In this document: piece after piece, positions 1 to 10,432 of the stretch | How positions within the stretch are numbered: the stretch's first letter is position 1 | How the letters are laid out: each line of letters starts with the position of its first letter | Assembly (NCBI GenBank): GCA_965218795.1 | Contig: OZ244653.1 | Span: forward strand, 3,872,001-3,936,000 | Origin: a bacterium | GTDB lineage: Bacteria > UBA8248 > JACPRG01 > G963555815 | Direction: 5' to 3' | Length of the DNA: 64,000 nt | Made by a program: the position numbers and the translations under genes | Notes under the pieces: generated by a model | Told to the model about the DNA's origin: nothing | The model's input: the letters and a program-made list of their open reading frames with translations, nothing else | Databases searched by the model: none

Positions 1-510
1 TCCCGGTCGTACGCCCAAGGGGCGACCCGGGTCTAGAGAGGCGGAACCACGGGCGCGTACCCCAGCGCCAAGGCCAGTGGGCGTGTCTCGCTGCCCTCGT
101 ATGCGCGATCCATGACCAGGGACGGGTTGCCCGACCGCCGACCCAAGCGGTTCAGCAGCTTGCGCCCTTCCGACGCATCGAGGCGCTGTCCAGCGACACC
201 GCCTCGAGCTGGATGCGCACGATCCGTTCCCGTTGGAGCTGCTCGAAGACCCGGTCGAGCACCCCGTTCCTGGACCAGCGGTTCATGCGCGTGTAGATGG
301 TGTGCCAGTTACCGAACCGAGTCGGCAGCCCCCGCCACTTGCAGCCATGCTCGGCGACGTACAGGATGGCGTTGAGCACTTGCAGGTTCGACACGCTGAC
401 GTTGCCGCGCTGCACCGGCAGGGAGGGCGCAATGCGTTCGTACTGAGCTTGGGTGATCTCCATCCGCAAAGGATAACAGGATCTCAACCATTAGTGTTAA
501 CAGGCCCTAG
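1..510 (-). mobile_element. Degraded IS5-family element (IS427-like two-ORF type) with internal deletion; runs off the window start
   Basis: The ORF from ATG 463 encodes a typical IS5 orfA (LNAILYVAEHGCKWRGLP..FGNWHTIYTRMNRWS). It is joined to orfB remnants (EGRKLL..MDRAYEG..PVVPP..WAYDR) that carry a frameshift and stop. The end sequence GGCCTGTTAACACT abuts CTAG at 507-510. Confidence 0.8.
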
Positions 511-592
511 AATGGAACAGTCAGTGAAGGCGTATGATCGTATTCAACTCTTCCCGGGGGGTGACAGGAGTTATTTTCGAATGGGCGATGGG

Positions 593-1012
593 ATGTTTTT
601 TCAGAAGCAAAAGGGCTTTGTTGCGTCCCTTTTCAGTCTTCGATGGATCCTGATCTCGCTGGCCCTCGTTGGATTGACGGCCTGCGGGTTTGCGCGGACG
701 GCCGTCTTTCCTCCGGAACCATCGGATGTTCAGACGCTGAAAGACAAGGCGGCAGGGCGAGGATATCAGATCCTGGGCGTGATTCAGATCGATGGCCATA
801 ATTTCTCGACAAGAGGGGCCCTGCTGGCCCGCCTCCGTGAAAAGGCCCGTGAATTGGGAGCCGATGAAGTCCTCAACGCACGGGTGCTTTCGCTTCCCAG
901 AGGGAAGGGTTTCCTCAAATACCATATCCTGACGGCGGAAGGGATTGCCGTGCGCTGGGATCGGTTTTCCCGCCGGGATGAGACTGATCTGGTCCAGGAA
1001 CAGTTCGAATAG
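593..1012 (+). CDS. Small lipoprotein with YbjQ-like (heavy-metal-binding fold) domain
   Basis: Signal peptide with lipobox LTAC; motif LREKARELGADEVLN..AEGIAVR. Start codon uncertain. Confidence 0.6.
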   Translation: MFFQKQKGFVASLFSLRWILISLALVGLTACGFARTAVFPPEPSDVQTLKDKAAGRGYQILGVIQIDGHNFSTRGALLARLREKARELGADEVLNARVLSLPRGKGFLKYHILTAEGIAVRWDRFSRRDETDLVQEQFE

Positions 1013-1073
1013 AATCCCTGAGCGTGAAGAGCGGAGGGCGCTCTTCGGGTTCGGGACTCGAGCGGCGCCGTCT

Positions 1074-1898
1074 TCAGCCGGACCTCTCTGCAAGGGTAGA
1101 CAGCATCTCGGATTGTATCCTTCCGTTACTGGCTACGACCTCCCCACTGTAGACATAATCGTCTCCCCATGAAAAATCCGTCACACGGCCCCCTGCCTCC
1201 AGGACGAGCAGCGTTCCCGCTGCAACGTCCCAAGGACTGAGCTTCAATTCCCAATAGCCGTCCAGCCGGCCTGCGGCGACGTAGGCGAGGTCCAATGCCG
1301 CCGATCCTGCGCGCCGGATTCCCTGAACGCGAAGGGCGAATCGCTGAAAATGGTCGAGATTGTTGACGGGGCTTTCCCGCTTGTCGTAGGGAAAACCGGT
1401 GGCAATCAGCGAGCGGTCCAGTTCGGTCGTATCCGATACCCTGATGGTCTTTCCATTGAGCGACGAGCCCTGCTCCTTCTCGGCGAGGAAAAACTCCTCC
1501 CGGAGGGGATCGAAAATCGCTCCCAGTTTCATTCGGCCTCGTTGCTCGAACGCAATGCTCACGCAAAACATCGGAAACCCGTGCACATAATTGTTCGTTG
1601 CGTCCAGCGGATCAATGATCCACAAGTTCTCGGATTTCCTCGGTTCTTGCTCCCGTTCCTCGGTCAGGACGTCGTCATCCGGGAAGCTTTCGTTCAGCCG
1701 TTGGAGGATGAGGTCTTCAGAGGCGTGGTCCACTGCTGTCACGAGGTTGACAGCTCCCTTGTATTCGATCGATTGGGGCTTCCTGAAATTTTCGAGCAGT
1801 ATGCTGCCCGCCTCACGGGTAATTTCTTCCAGAATGCGGCGCCTTTCTTCCAACGATGATCTCCTTCCGGTTGAGTCGGGCGATGCGTGTTCGTGCAC
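1074..1898 (-). CDS. suhB: Inositol monophosphatase family protein (SuhB-like)
   Basis: Motifs WIIDPLDATNNYVHG, GSAALDLAYVAAGRLDGYWE and WDVAAG. Confidence 0.9.
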   Translation of the reverse strand: MHEHASPDSTGRRSSLEERRRILEEITREAGSILLENFRKPQSIEYKGAVNLVTAVDHASEDLILQRLNESFPDDDVLTEEREQEPRKSENLWIIDPLDATNNYVHGFPMFCVSIAFEQRGRMKLGAIFDPLREEFFLAEKEQGSSLNGKTIRVSDTTELDRSLIATGFPYDKRESPVNNLDHFQRFALRVQGIRRAGSAALDLAYVAAGRLDGYWELKLSPWDVAAGTLLVLEAGGRVTDFSWGDDYVYSGEVVASNGRIQSEMLSTLAERSG

Positions 1899-2028
1899 AG
1901 TGGATTCTCACCTGCAATCGGGGCAAACGACAACCCCGTTCCTGTACACTACAGTTCATGTGGATACGTGTTCTGTTGTGAGCGGACCAGGATTTGGGCT
2001 GAACCCCCCGGTTGCCGGTTGAGGGAAA

Positions 2029-3195
2029 GTGAATTTGAACCGCTCATTGATGTCAAGAAATTTAACTTTCCTGGTTCTCAGCAATTCGTTCCTGTTTCTT
2101 GCCTATCTGAGCTATCAGCTCCTGCCGCTGCACATCAAGGCGTTGGGCGGGGGGGAGTCGGACATCGGCAGGGTCATGGGTGTACCCAACCTGATGTCCG
2201 TTATTCTGACCCCCACCTTCGGCGTCCTTGTAGATCGTTTTGGCCGAAAACCAATCATCCTCCTCGGTCAAGGATTCGTCTTGGCTCCATGTCTGGGCTT
2301 CCTTGGAGCAGGGGATTCCTTCTTCCTTTTCGGGGTTTTCCGTGTCCTGCAAACTATCGGGATCGCGATGGCCTTCACTGCGGCGGGCGTGCTGGTGGCC
2401 GACACCACGCCTCCCGGCCGGCTGGCCCAAGCGCTGGGCCTGTATGGCCTCTCGGGTCTCGCCACACATGCCATCGCCCCGAGCGTGGGCGAGATCGTAA
2501 TTGACGCCGGAGGTTTTTCCGCACTGTTCGCACTCTCCATCGTCTATAGCGTGCTGGGTTTCGGGCTGGCCTCAAGGATCATCGACAAATCTCTGGAACA
2601 TGGAATTGCGCGAGGAGAGGGATCACTGTGGAAGCTATTCACCGCACCGGGATTCTCGCAAATTCTTCTCATCGGATTTGTGATGGGCGCGACCCTCGGC
2701 ACGGTGTCGACGTACATTCCCACTTACATTCGAAGCCGAGGGATTCAATGGATCAGCCTCTTTTATATCACTTACGCCCTGACGGCCATCTTTGTCCGGA
2801 TTGCGCTGGGGAGGATGTCTGACCGAATTGGCCATGAACGGATGGTGACGCCCGCATTCGGGGGTCTGGCGATCGCGGTTGTCTTGCTGAGTCAGGCTCA
2901 AGCTCAATGGATGTTTGCGCTTTCGGGCATGTTCAATGGCGCTTCGCACGGATTTCTATATCCCGCAACGAACGCGATGGCGCTGAATCGGGCGGGCAGG
3001 GAAAACGCGGGCAGAGCCCAGTCGCTCTACGGCGCCTCATTCAGCGCAGGGATGACGGCGGGAGTTTTCCTCAACGGCTATTTGGCCGACTTTTTCGGCT
3101 ACAGTGTGATGTTTCTCGGGATGGGTGGATGGATACTCATTGCTCTGTCGGCCTTCTACGGACTGGAGCGCCGCAGGCCGCCGGTTCCATCGTGA
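2029..3195 (+). CDS. MFS transporter
   Basis: About 12 hydrophobic segments; motif A GVLVDRFGRK, repeated as GRMSDRIG. Confidence 0.9.
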   Translation: MNLNRSLMSRNLTFLVLSNSFLFLAYLSYQLLPLHIKALGGGESDIGRVMGVPNLMSVILTPTFGVLVDRFGRKPIILLGQGFVLAPCLGFLGAGDSFFLFGVFRVLQTIGIAMAFTAAGVLVADTTPPGRLAQALGLYGLSGLATHAIAPSVGEIVIDAGGFSALFALSIVYSVLGFGLASRIIDKSLEHGIARGEGSLWKLFTAPGFSQILLIGFVMGATLGTVSTYIPTYIRSRGIQWISLFYITYALTAIFVRIALGRMSDRIGHERMVTPAFGGLAIAVVLLSQAQAQWMFALSGMFNGASHGFLYPATNAMALNRAGRENAGRAQSLYGASFSAGMTAGVFLNGYLADFFGYSVMFLGMGGWILIALSAFYGLERRRPPVPS

Positions 3196-3264
3196 ATCAA
3201 TAATCGATGATCATCAATATCTTGTAATTTTTTCGAATTTTTCATCTATATATTGTATTTTTTC

Positions 3265-3294
3265 TTGACAACATGCCCAAAGAGCGATTAGGCT
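3265..3294 (+). promoter_or_regulatory. Sigma70-like promoter with AT-rich upstream element
   Basis: TTGACA (3265-3270), 18-nt spacer, TAGGCT (3289-3294). The predicted start (~3301) coincides with the first base of a long closing helix. Confidence 0.6.
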
Positions 3295-3300
3295 TCTTAT

Positions 3301-3595
3301 GGGCTTGGGCGCTTTTGGGGCTCGTGAGGTGTCACTGGTCTGGTGATAAGTTGGCAGGGGAGGCCTGAAGACATCACGGGTTTCTATGTTGCAAGGCGCC
3401 GGGAAGGAGGTGATGATTAGGGGAAGTCGGACCGCAGACTGACCGAAATCAAATTACGCTCCAACGGAAGACGTGGTGGCGGTTCAAGTGCAAGCCACGA
3501 GGACATGTAAAGAATTTGAGGCGTCGAGGATTTCGTAAGCCGGTCGAGCAGAAACTTCGGTCAGTAGTCGGCGACAGAAAGAAGCGCCCAAGCTC
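3301..3595 (+). ncRNA. Candidate structured ncRNA (~295 nt), family unknown
   Basis: 16-bp 5'/3' closing helix, several nested helices, an upstream promoter and no credible ORF. Confidence 0.6.
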
Positions 3596-3629
3596 AAAGT
3601 TTTTCTCCTGCAAAGCTCTCTGTTCTACA

Positions 3630-4271
3630 TCACCGTTTGGATTTCTTGTAGCCTCTCCGGATCGCCTCCCTCTCGGTCTTGAACTCGACGCGGAACCTGC
3701 TTTTTTTCATCAAGCCGTAATACCTCCCCCCCTCAACGTGAAACTTGCGGGTTTTCGAATTGCCGATGATCGGCGGGTTAAGGCTGCGGCTCCGGGCCCT
3801 CCCCATGGAAATCCCCGCCCATAGACCTTTGCGTTGGGTTCTGGCCGTCCGCTCCAGGCGACGAAACAAATTCGCGTACTTCAGGTTGGGGGGATAGGGC
3901 GATGCGCGCGCGTAACCCTCAGAGATCAGCATGGCGTTCACCAGCCGTCCGTCGGCCAGGAATACGTATACCTGAAGCCGGCCGTATCGGTCCCATCTCT
4001 GCCGGCCGAACCGGATCCGAACCCTCTTGCCCTGAATCAGGTTCTTGAGAAATCTGCTCGCATCTTCTCCATAATACTCGACGGGTTTCCGGGGGTGACG
4101 GGTTTCAGGCGTATCGACCCCGATCAAACGCAGATGAACCTCAAATGTATCGCCGTCAATGACCCGCTGCACGCGGATATCCTGGGCTTGCGCCATGGTG
4201 CTTCGGGTCAAGCCGTAGGATCCTGACAAGATGAAAAATCCGAGAATCATTGTCGTAACGGTGACGGACAT
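3630..4271 (-). CDS. Secreted thermonuclease (SNase-like) with C-terminal Ada-like accessory domain
   Basis: RVIDGDT, LRLIGVDTPE, DRYGRL, VNAMLISEGYA, KGLW; C-terminal IIGNSKTRKFH..F.TEREA..GY; N-terminal signal. Confidence 0.9.
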   Translation of the reverse strand: MSVTVTTMILGFFILSGSYGLTRSTMAQAQDIRVQRVIDGDTFEVHLRLIGVDTPETRHPRKPVEYYGEDASRFLKNLIQGKRVRIRFGRQRWDRYGRLQVYVFLADGRLVNAMLISEGYARASPYPPNLKYANLFRRLERTARTQRKGLWAGISMGRARSRSLNPPIIGNSKTRKFHVEGGRYYGLMKKSRFRVEFKTEREAIRRGYKKSKR

Positions 4272-4557
4272 CGAAGATACTCTTTCGTAATAAATTTCTT
4301 ATACTTTCGTTTTAGATTAGTCTAATTATGTTCCTGCAGCAATCCTGAATATCGCAGCAGTCCACAAGTGTGTGGATTCAGCGTTTGATTGCGGGCGAGT
4401 AGAACGTATTTCGAGTTCAGTCTTCTCCATTGATGAGGCGTTATTGGAGCAATATGTATAATTGATGCCTCGATAAGGCTTGAAGTACCTCCGGTTATTC
4501 CATTGCTCGAAAGGTTGAAAGCTCTTGAACGCTCGATAGGAGCGCATCACGGTACCG

Positions 4558-6312
4558 ATGAAAACCGCTGATTCTCAAAAAGGTTCGATGTGGGAGCTCG
4601 CAGGCTGCTTCCGTAAGTATCGGGGCCGTCTGGTCTGCGGATTTCTGCTCCTCATGGGGGCGAACGCCATGGGGATCAGCATCCCCTGGCTGATCAAGGA
4701 TGCGATCGAAGGGCTTCGGGCCGGCCTGGACCTGGGGGTCATCCGGTGGTTCGCCCTGGCCATCGTCATCGCGGCTGTCATCCAGGGGGTTGTACGGATT
4801 GCCTCCAGGCATTTGTTCCTCGGCGTGAGCCGGGGGATCGAATTTGACATTCGGACGAAGCTGTTTCGGCGTCTTCAGTCGCTGTCTCTGACATTTTTTC
4901 AGAAGACCACCACCGGTGACATCATGTCGCGGGCCACGAATGACCTCAATGCCGTTCGAATGGTGCTGGGCCCCGGTGTCACCCACGGCTTGAATTCAAT
5001 CATCGTGTATCTTTTCGCGGTCTCCGCGATGATGGCGATCAGCTTCAAGCTGACTTTTCTGGCCGTCATTCTCTTCCCGATCTGGATCATCGGAATGCGC
5101 CGTTTCTTCATTCGGATGAACGAAGTGTCCCGACGTTCACAGGAGGCCTTGTCGGACATCAGCACGCAGGTTCACGAGAACCTGAGCGGGATGATGGTCG
5201 TCAAGCTGTTCGTCCAGGAAGGCAATGAAAAGGAGCGGTTCGCCCGCCTGAACGACGCCTATATCGGATGGACCGCTCACTACGCGAGGCTTCGAGCGTT
5301 TATCTTCAGCCTCATGACGGCGTTGGGGGGGATGGGCGTGCTGATCATCCTCTACGTTGGCGGGCGGGGGGTCATCACGGGTCAAATCACGCTGGGGGCG
5401 TTCGTGGCGTTCGCCAGCTACTTGGCCATGCTCCTCTGGCCGACTATCGCCTTGGGTTGGATCATCGGTCTCTTTCAGCAGGGCAAGGCATCTTGGGAGC
5501 GTGTGAGCTGGCTGTTGAATCAACAGCCGGAGAGCCGGGAAGAAAGCGCTCACCCCTCCATCATCCGCGGAGAGATCCAAGTCGAGAATCTTTCGTTCGC
5601 CTATGACGGCGGGCCGGACGTGCTCAACGGCCTCAGCTTCCGCATCGCTCCGGGCGAGAAGGTCGCATTGGTGGGAGGGATTGGCTCAGGCAAGTCGACG
5701 CTGATCCGACTGCTCACTGGATTGTTACCAGCCCCCAGGGGGGTCATCTTCTTTGACGGGTCGGACGTGAACGACTATTCGCATGATGCCATCCGCCGGT
5801 CGATCGCCCTCGTTCCCCAGGAGCCTTTTCTCTTCTCCCGGACGGTGTATGACAATGTGGCCTTCGGGGGCGAGTCCCCGGATTTTCCGGCGATTCGCGC
5901 CGCAACCGACGCTGCGCATTTCACCGCGGAGGTGGAGCAGTTTCCCGAAGGCTTTCAAGCGGTTCTCGGAGAGCGCGGGCTGACCCTTTCCACCGGCCAG
6001 CGCCAGCGAACCACCATCGCCCGGGGGATTGTGGATAAGCACCGTGTCCTGATCCTGGACGACGTACTCTCGAGCCTGGATGCAGGAACCGGCAGGGGAA
6101 TCCTGGAAGACATTCGGGAATGGGGAGAAGACCTCACCCTCCTGTTCATCTCCCACAACCTGGCGGCCGCCCGGCAGGCGGACCGAATTCTGGTCATCGA
6201 CCAAGGGCGGATCGTCGAGGAAGGCGCCCACGATGACCTGCTTCAGCAAGACGGCCGCTACGCACGAATGCACGAGCACCAGCGGCTGATGGCCGAATTG
6301 GAGACGCTCTGA
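4558..6312 (+). CDS. ABC exporter, fused permease/ATPase (degenerate-site half of a heterodimer)
   Basis: TMD plus Walker A GGIGSGKST, signature LSTGQRQR and Walker B ILDD (no catalytic Glu). Confidence 0.9.
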   Translation: MKTADSQKGSMWELAGCFRKYRGRLVCGFLLLMGANAMGISIPWLIKDAIEGLRAGLDLGVIRWFALAIVIAAVIQGVVRIASRHLFLGVSRGIEFDIRTKLFRRLQSLSLTFFQKTTTGDIMSRATNDLNAVRMVLGPGVTHGLNSIIVYLFAVSAMMAISFKLTFLAVILFPIWIIGMRRFFIRMNEVSRRSQEALSDISTQVHENLSGMMVVKLFVQEGNEKERFARLNDAYIGWTAHYARLRAFIFSLMTALGGMGVLIILYVGGRGVITGQITLGAFVAFASYLAMLLWPTIALGWIIGLFQQGKASWERVSWLLNQQPESREESAHPSIIRGEIQVENLSFAYDGGPDVLNGLSFRIAPGEKVALVGGIGSGKSTLIRLLTGLLPAPRGVIFFDGSDVNDYSHDAIRRSIALVPQEPFLFSRTVYDNVAFGGESPDFPAIRAATDAAHFTAEVEQFPEGFQAVLGERGLTLSTGQRQRTTIARGIVDKHRVLILDDVLSSLDAGTGRGILEDIREWGEDLTLLFISHNLAAARQADRILVIDQGRIVEEGAHDDLLQQDGRYARMHEHQRLMAELETL

Positions 6313-8240
6313 TGCCCCATGTCTCCGGAGCGGTCTATGAAGAAAAGAACCCGGGGCGCGCCTATGATGGCCGGCTTCTGAGGCGGTTGGTCAAGAGGTA
6401 TGTGAGGCATCTTTGGAAGCTCCTCCTGGGCACGCTCGTTTGCCTTCCGGCTGCGGCTGCCCTGGAGCTCGTCCAGCCCTATCTCATGAAGGTGGTCGTC
6501 GATGAACACCTCACCAACGGACGGTTGGAGGGCCTCCTTCCTTTGTGCGCGCTCTTCTTCAGTGCCGTGATCGGGCTGACCCTGGTCCGTTTCGCCCAGA
6601 CGTACTGGATCATGATGCTGGGCCAGCGGGTGACGTACCGGATGCGCGAAGAGGTGTTCGCGCGGGTTCAGGATTTTCCCCAGTCGTACTTTGACCGCAC
6701 TCCGGTCGGGCGGTTGCTGACCCGGATGACGTCCGATGTCGAGGTGATTCAGGAGATGTTTTCGTCGGGAATTGTGACCGTCGTGGGGGACGTTTTTCTC
6801 CTGGCCGGAATCATGGGCGCAATGCTGTGGCTGAACGTCAAACTCGCCCTGCTGACCTTCATGGCCATTCCGGTCTTGTTGGGGGTCACGTTCTGGGTGC
6901 GCCCCCGCATTCGCGAAGCCTTCCGCCGGGTTCGAGCCAAGCTTTCCGAAATCAACTCCTTTTTGGCGGAACATCTGAGCGGGATGACCGTTGTGCAGCT
7001 GTTCAGGAAGGAGGAGGCGTCGAACCGGCTCTTCGACGGGCTGGCGGATGAATACCGCGAACAGGCCCATCACGCCATTCTCTATGATGTGAGCCTCTAT
7101 GCCGTGGTCGAGGCGACCGGCGCCGTCGTGGTCGCCGGCCTGATTTGGTATGGCGGGGGGGAGATCCTGGAAGGGGCGCTTACCTTCGGCGTGCTGGTCG
7201 CCTTCCTGGGCTATATCCAGAAATTCTTTTCTCCCCTCATGGACCTGTCCTCCAAGTACACCATCATGCAGTCGGCGATGGCGGCGTTGGAGCGTATATT
7301 CAACCTCCTCGATGAACCGGTCGAGCCGGTGCTGGGGGGGAATACCGGCGCCGATGCGATTCCAGAGGGCAGCGCGTCTGCCGTGTCAGTGTTGCCCAAG
7401 GAGCCGGCGCCGGAGGGGAAGGGGCCCGCCATCTCCTTCGAGGACGTGTCCTTTTCGTATGACGGGAATCAGCCGGTTCTGGAAGGTGTCTCGTTTCGAG
7501 CCGATCCCGGAGAGACCGTCGCACTCGTGGGAGCCACCGGAGCGGGGAAAAGCACCTGCCTGAAACTGCTCTGCCGCTTGTATGAACTCGAGCAGGGCCG
7601 GATTACCCTGGACGGCGAGGACCTCCGGGAGATTCCCTCCCGGCGGCTCCGTTCCAGAATCGGAATGGTCATGCAAGACGTCTTTCTCTTCACGGGGGAT
7701 ATCGACCGGAACATCCGGCTGGGAGACGGGTTCATCGAAGAGGAAAGCGTCCGAAAAGTGGCCGACGAGCTCGGCCTGTGGAAAATCGTCCGCAAATTCC
7801 CGGATGGATTTGAATCGAGCGTTCGGGAGCGAGGGAGCAACCTTTCGGCCGGAGAGCGTCAGTTGCTTTCGCTGGCGAGGGCTGTGGTTCGAAGACCCGA
7901 GATCCTGCTCGTCGACGAGGCCACCTCAAACCTGGATCCCTCCACGGAGTACGAGATTCAGCGGGTGTTGAGCTCGGTGTATGGAAGGACGACGACACTG
8001 GTGGTCGCCCACCGACTCTCGACCGTCCAGCGGGCGAATCGCATCGTAGTTCTTCACAAACGTCAGGTCCGGGAAGTCGGGACGCATTCCGAATTGCTTG
8101 CGCAGGGGGGGATTTACGCCCGGCTTTACGAGCTTCAGTACCGTCGGCAGGAGATTGGCCCCCCATCCGATGGCGAACCTTCAGGAGATAGCCGGCCATT
8201 GCCTCATCTGGATGCCCGGCCGGAAGGCATCGGACCATAA
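6312..8240 (+). CDS. ABC exporter, fused permease/ATPase (consensus half of a heterodimer)
   Basis: GATGAGKS, LSAGERQ, LVDEATS, VAHRLST; TGATG overlap with the upstream gene. Confidence 0.9.
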   Translation: MPHVSGAVYEEKNPGRAYDGRLLRRLVKRYVRHLWKLLLGTLVCLPAAAALELVQPYLMKVVVDEHLTNGRLEGLLPLCALFFSAVIGLTLVRFAQTYWIMMLGQRVTYRMREEVFARVQDFPQSYFDRTPVGRLLTRMTSDVEVIQEMFSSGIVTVVGDVFLLAGIMGAMLWLNVKLALLTFMAIPVLLGVTFWVRPRIREAFRRVRAKLSEINSFLAEHLSGMTVVQLFRKEEASNRLFDGLADEYREQAHHAILYDVSLYAVVEATGAVVVAGLIWYGGGEILEGALTFGVLVAFLGYIQKFFSPLMDLSSKYTIMQSAMAALERIFNLLDEPVEPVLGGNTGADAIPEGSASAVSVLPKEPAPEGKGPAISFEDVSFSYDGNQPVLEGVSFRADPGETVALVGATGAGKSTCLKLLCRLYELEQGRITLDGEDLREIPSRRLRSRIGMVMQDVFLFTGDIDRNIRLGDGFIEEESVRKVADELGLWKIVRKFPDGFESSVRERGSNLSAGERQLLSLARAVVRRPEILLVDEATSNLDPSTEYEIQRVLSSVYGRTTTLVVAHRLSTVQRANRIVVLHKRQVREVGTHSELLAQGGIYARLYELQYRRQEIGPPSDGEPSGDSRPLPHLDARPEGIGP

Positions 8241-8447
8241 ATCCACTGTTTATTCTGAACCTCCCGTAGCTTCGGCAATCCTCGAATTTTGTGGATCTCG
8301 TGCCACCGATAGGCATTCCCTGTCGATTCGGAAGCGGGAAAATCCCACGGGACTTGTCAGTGAAAGAGGCGAGGTTTTCCACATCTTGTGGATACAATGT
8401 CCATAAATAACAAGATATTGACGTAACCATTTCATTTCGTGGAGTTT

Positions 8448-9209
8448 ATGCAAAAAGTCCAGCGAAAGAAAAGGCCGGGCGGGAGTCAAAATCCAAGAGT
8501 CAGGCTTCGCCGTGTCTTACAGGCGATGGCGAAGCTCTACGGAGCCCCCGTTTGGGGGGGCTCGGATTCGGAAGGCGGCGCGGACGTCCTGAGTGCTCTG
8601 ATCATGACGATGCTTTCACAGGCCACGACGGACACAAACCGTGACTTGGCGTATCGCCGCCTTCGGGAGAGGTTTTCCACCTGGGAGGAAGTCCTCCGTG
8701 CGGATGTGGCAGCGGTGGAAGAGGCCATCCGGCCGGGTGGGCTGAGCCGGCAGAAGAGCGTCCGGATCCAAGGGCTTCTCGCCTGGCTGAAGGAGACCCG
8801 GGGTGAACTGACGGCCGACTTCCTGTGCGACCTCTCGCTTGAGGAGGCCATCGAGGAATTGGGCCACCTTCGAGGGATAGGGATCAAGACGCTGAGCGTC
8901 GTATTGATGTTCACCTGCGGCCGGGATGTTTTTCCCGTGGACACCCATGTCCACCGGGTCAGCCGCCGCCTGGGATTCATCAGCGAGAAGTGCTCTGCGG
9001 AGAAGGCGCATGGCGAGATGAGCGGGATCTTGCGGCCTGGAGAGAGCTACCCGGCCCACATCAATTTCTGGAAGTTCGGAAAATTCATCTGCAAGTCCCG
9101 GCGGCCCCGTTGCGGAGAATGCCCTCTCGTGCGGGATTGCGTCTATCCCGACAAAAACCTGTCAACCGCCGAATTCGTTCCGTCTGAACAATTGGAAGAA
9201 TCAAATTGA
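8448..9209 (+). CDS. nth: Endonuclease III / HhH-GPD DNA glycosylase with 4Fe-4S motif
   Basis: LSQAT, HhH LRGIGIKT, PVDTHVHRVSRRLG, C-x6-C-x2-C-x5-C. Confidence 0.85.
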   Translation: MQKVQRKKRPGGSQNPRVRLRRVLQAMAKLYGAPVWGGSDSEGGADVLSALIMTMLSQATTDTNRDLAYRRLRERFSTWEEVLRADVAAVEEAIRPGGLSRQKSVRIQGLLAWLKETRGELTADFLCDLSLEEAIEELGHLRGIGIKTLSVVLMFTCGRDVFPVDTHVHRVSRRLGFISEKCSAEKAHGEMSGILRPGESYPAHINFWKFGKFICKSRRPRCGECPLVRDCVYPDKNLSTAEFVPSEQLEESN

Positions 9210-9699
9210 TGTTCAGAAGGGTGCACGAAACGATGTCGGTTTCGCTTGACCCCTGAACTGACTTCCTCCCTGGCAGCGTAACCTCGAACGAAAAATTTAC
9301 CGCCCTCGGAATTCCTGAGCAACGTCCGGGAAGGGCGATCTTTCATTGTCTCCAAAAGCGTCAACCTGTTCGGTCATTCCGCAATGGTTGCCCGATTCAT
9401 CAAGGATGCTATCCAAGCCCAGTCCTTCGGGCATTCGCATGCCGTTCCCCTGCAGATGCGCATCGGTGAGCCTCTGGACCGTCTCATTGCGATGCTGACG
9501 GGAGGATACTTCGCGGGAAAACCCAAGCGGCGGCACCTCGCCGAGGCCGTCGTGGTCTCACGGGCCTTTCTCGTGAGCGCATTGATCCTGGCGCCGCAGA
9601 TGCATCACCATTCCCTGCTGGCGATTTCCAGACAGCCAATTCGGCGACGTCGCAAGCGATCTTTTCATCATCGAGAAAAATTGACTTCGGGACGATTGG

Positions 9700-10200
9700 T
9701 CTGAGGGGGTCCTCCGTGAAACGAATACTTCTGGTGACGAACACCCTCGGCAATTGGGGGGAAACGAACGGCGTCGAATATAGGGCGATGGGCCCTTCAA
9801 GCAGAAAATGACACGCAGGATCCCCGGGCGCGATTCACGGGAAAACTGACGGGCCTTGCCTTATTGCGCGCCTTCGCCGATGCGGACTTTTTCGTATTCC
9901 CCTCTGAAACCGATACGTTCGGAAACGTGGTCCTGCAAGCGATGATCTCGGGGCTTCCGGTCGTTGTGACAGACAAGATGGCGCCCAAGGAGCAGGTCAG
10001 TCACGGAATTGACGGTGTCGTCGCGTCGAACGCCAGCGAATTCGGATCCGCGGTTGATCGGTTGGCAAGGGAGGAAGGGCTGCGGCTGAGGATGGGCAAA
10101 GCGGCCCGTGCCCACGCCGTACAGCAGAGCTGGGGCAAGGTGTTCGACCGTCTTTTAAAACATGATGAACTGGCCGCAGAATTGCACCAAGCCAAGACGC
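9700..10200 (+). pseudogene. GT4 glycosyltransferase remnant
   Basis: RFTGKL..ADFFVFPSETDTFGNVVLQAMISGLPVVV is the GT4 C-terminal domain. The IGDGP motif upstream lies in another frame and there is no intact N-terminus. Boundaries approximate. Confidence 0.7.
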
Positions 10201-10432
10201 CGGTCGTCAGGCGGCTGGCCGTCTTCCGCTTCCACTCCCTGCGCGCTTTCGGCCTGACGCCCTCTGATGGATCATCGCCGCCGGCCGGATTTGACTCGAT
10301 TCACGAAAATCAGGGATCATCCATCTCCGTAACATTTCCTTTCAAAACCCCGGCGTCCCGTCAGATGCTCCTAGCGCCGGGACCTCCGCCCAAGGTCCCG
10401 GCTGATTGAGGCGGAGGCCGTACAGTCAGGCC

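Noticed and set aside
3301-3595. RNase P RNA or type I toxin mRNA
   Set aside because: AGGGGAAGTCGG and GACAGAA only loosely echo the RNase P conserved regions, and the CCCGGCTTA P4 partner is absent. No hydrophobic peptide ORF follows the SD-like sequence.
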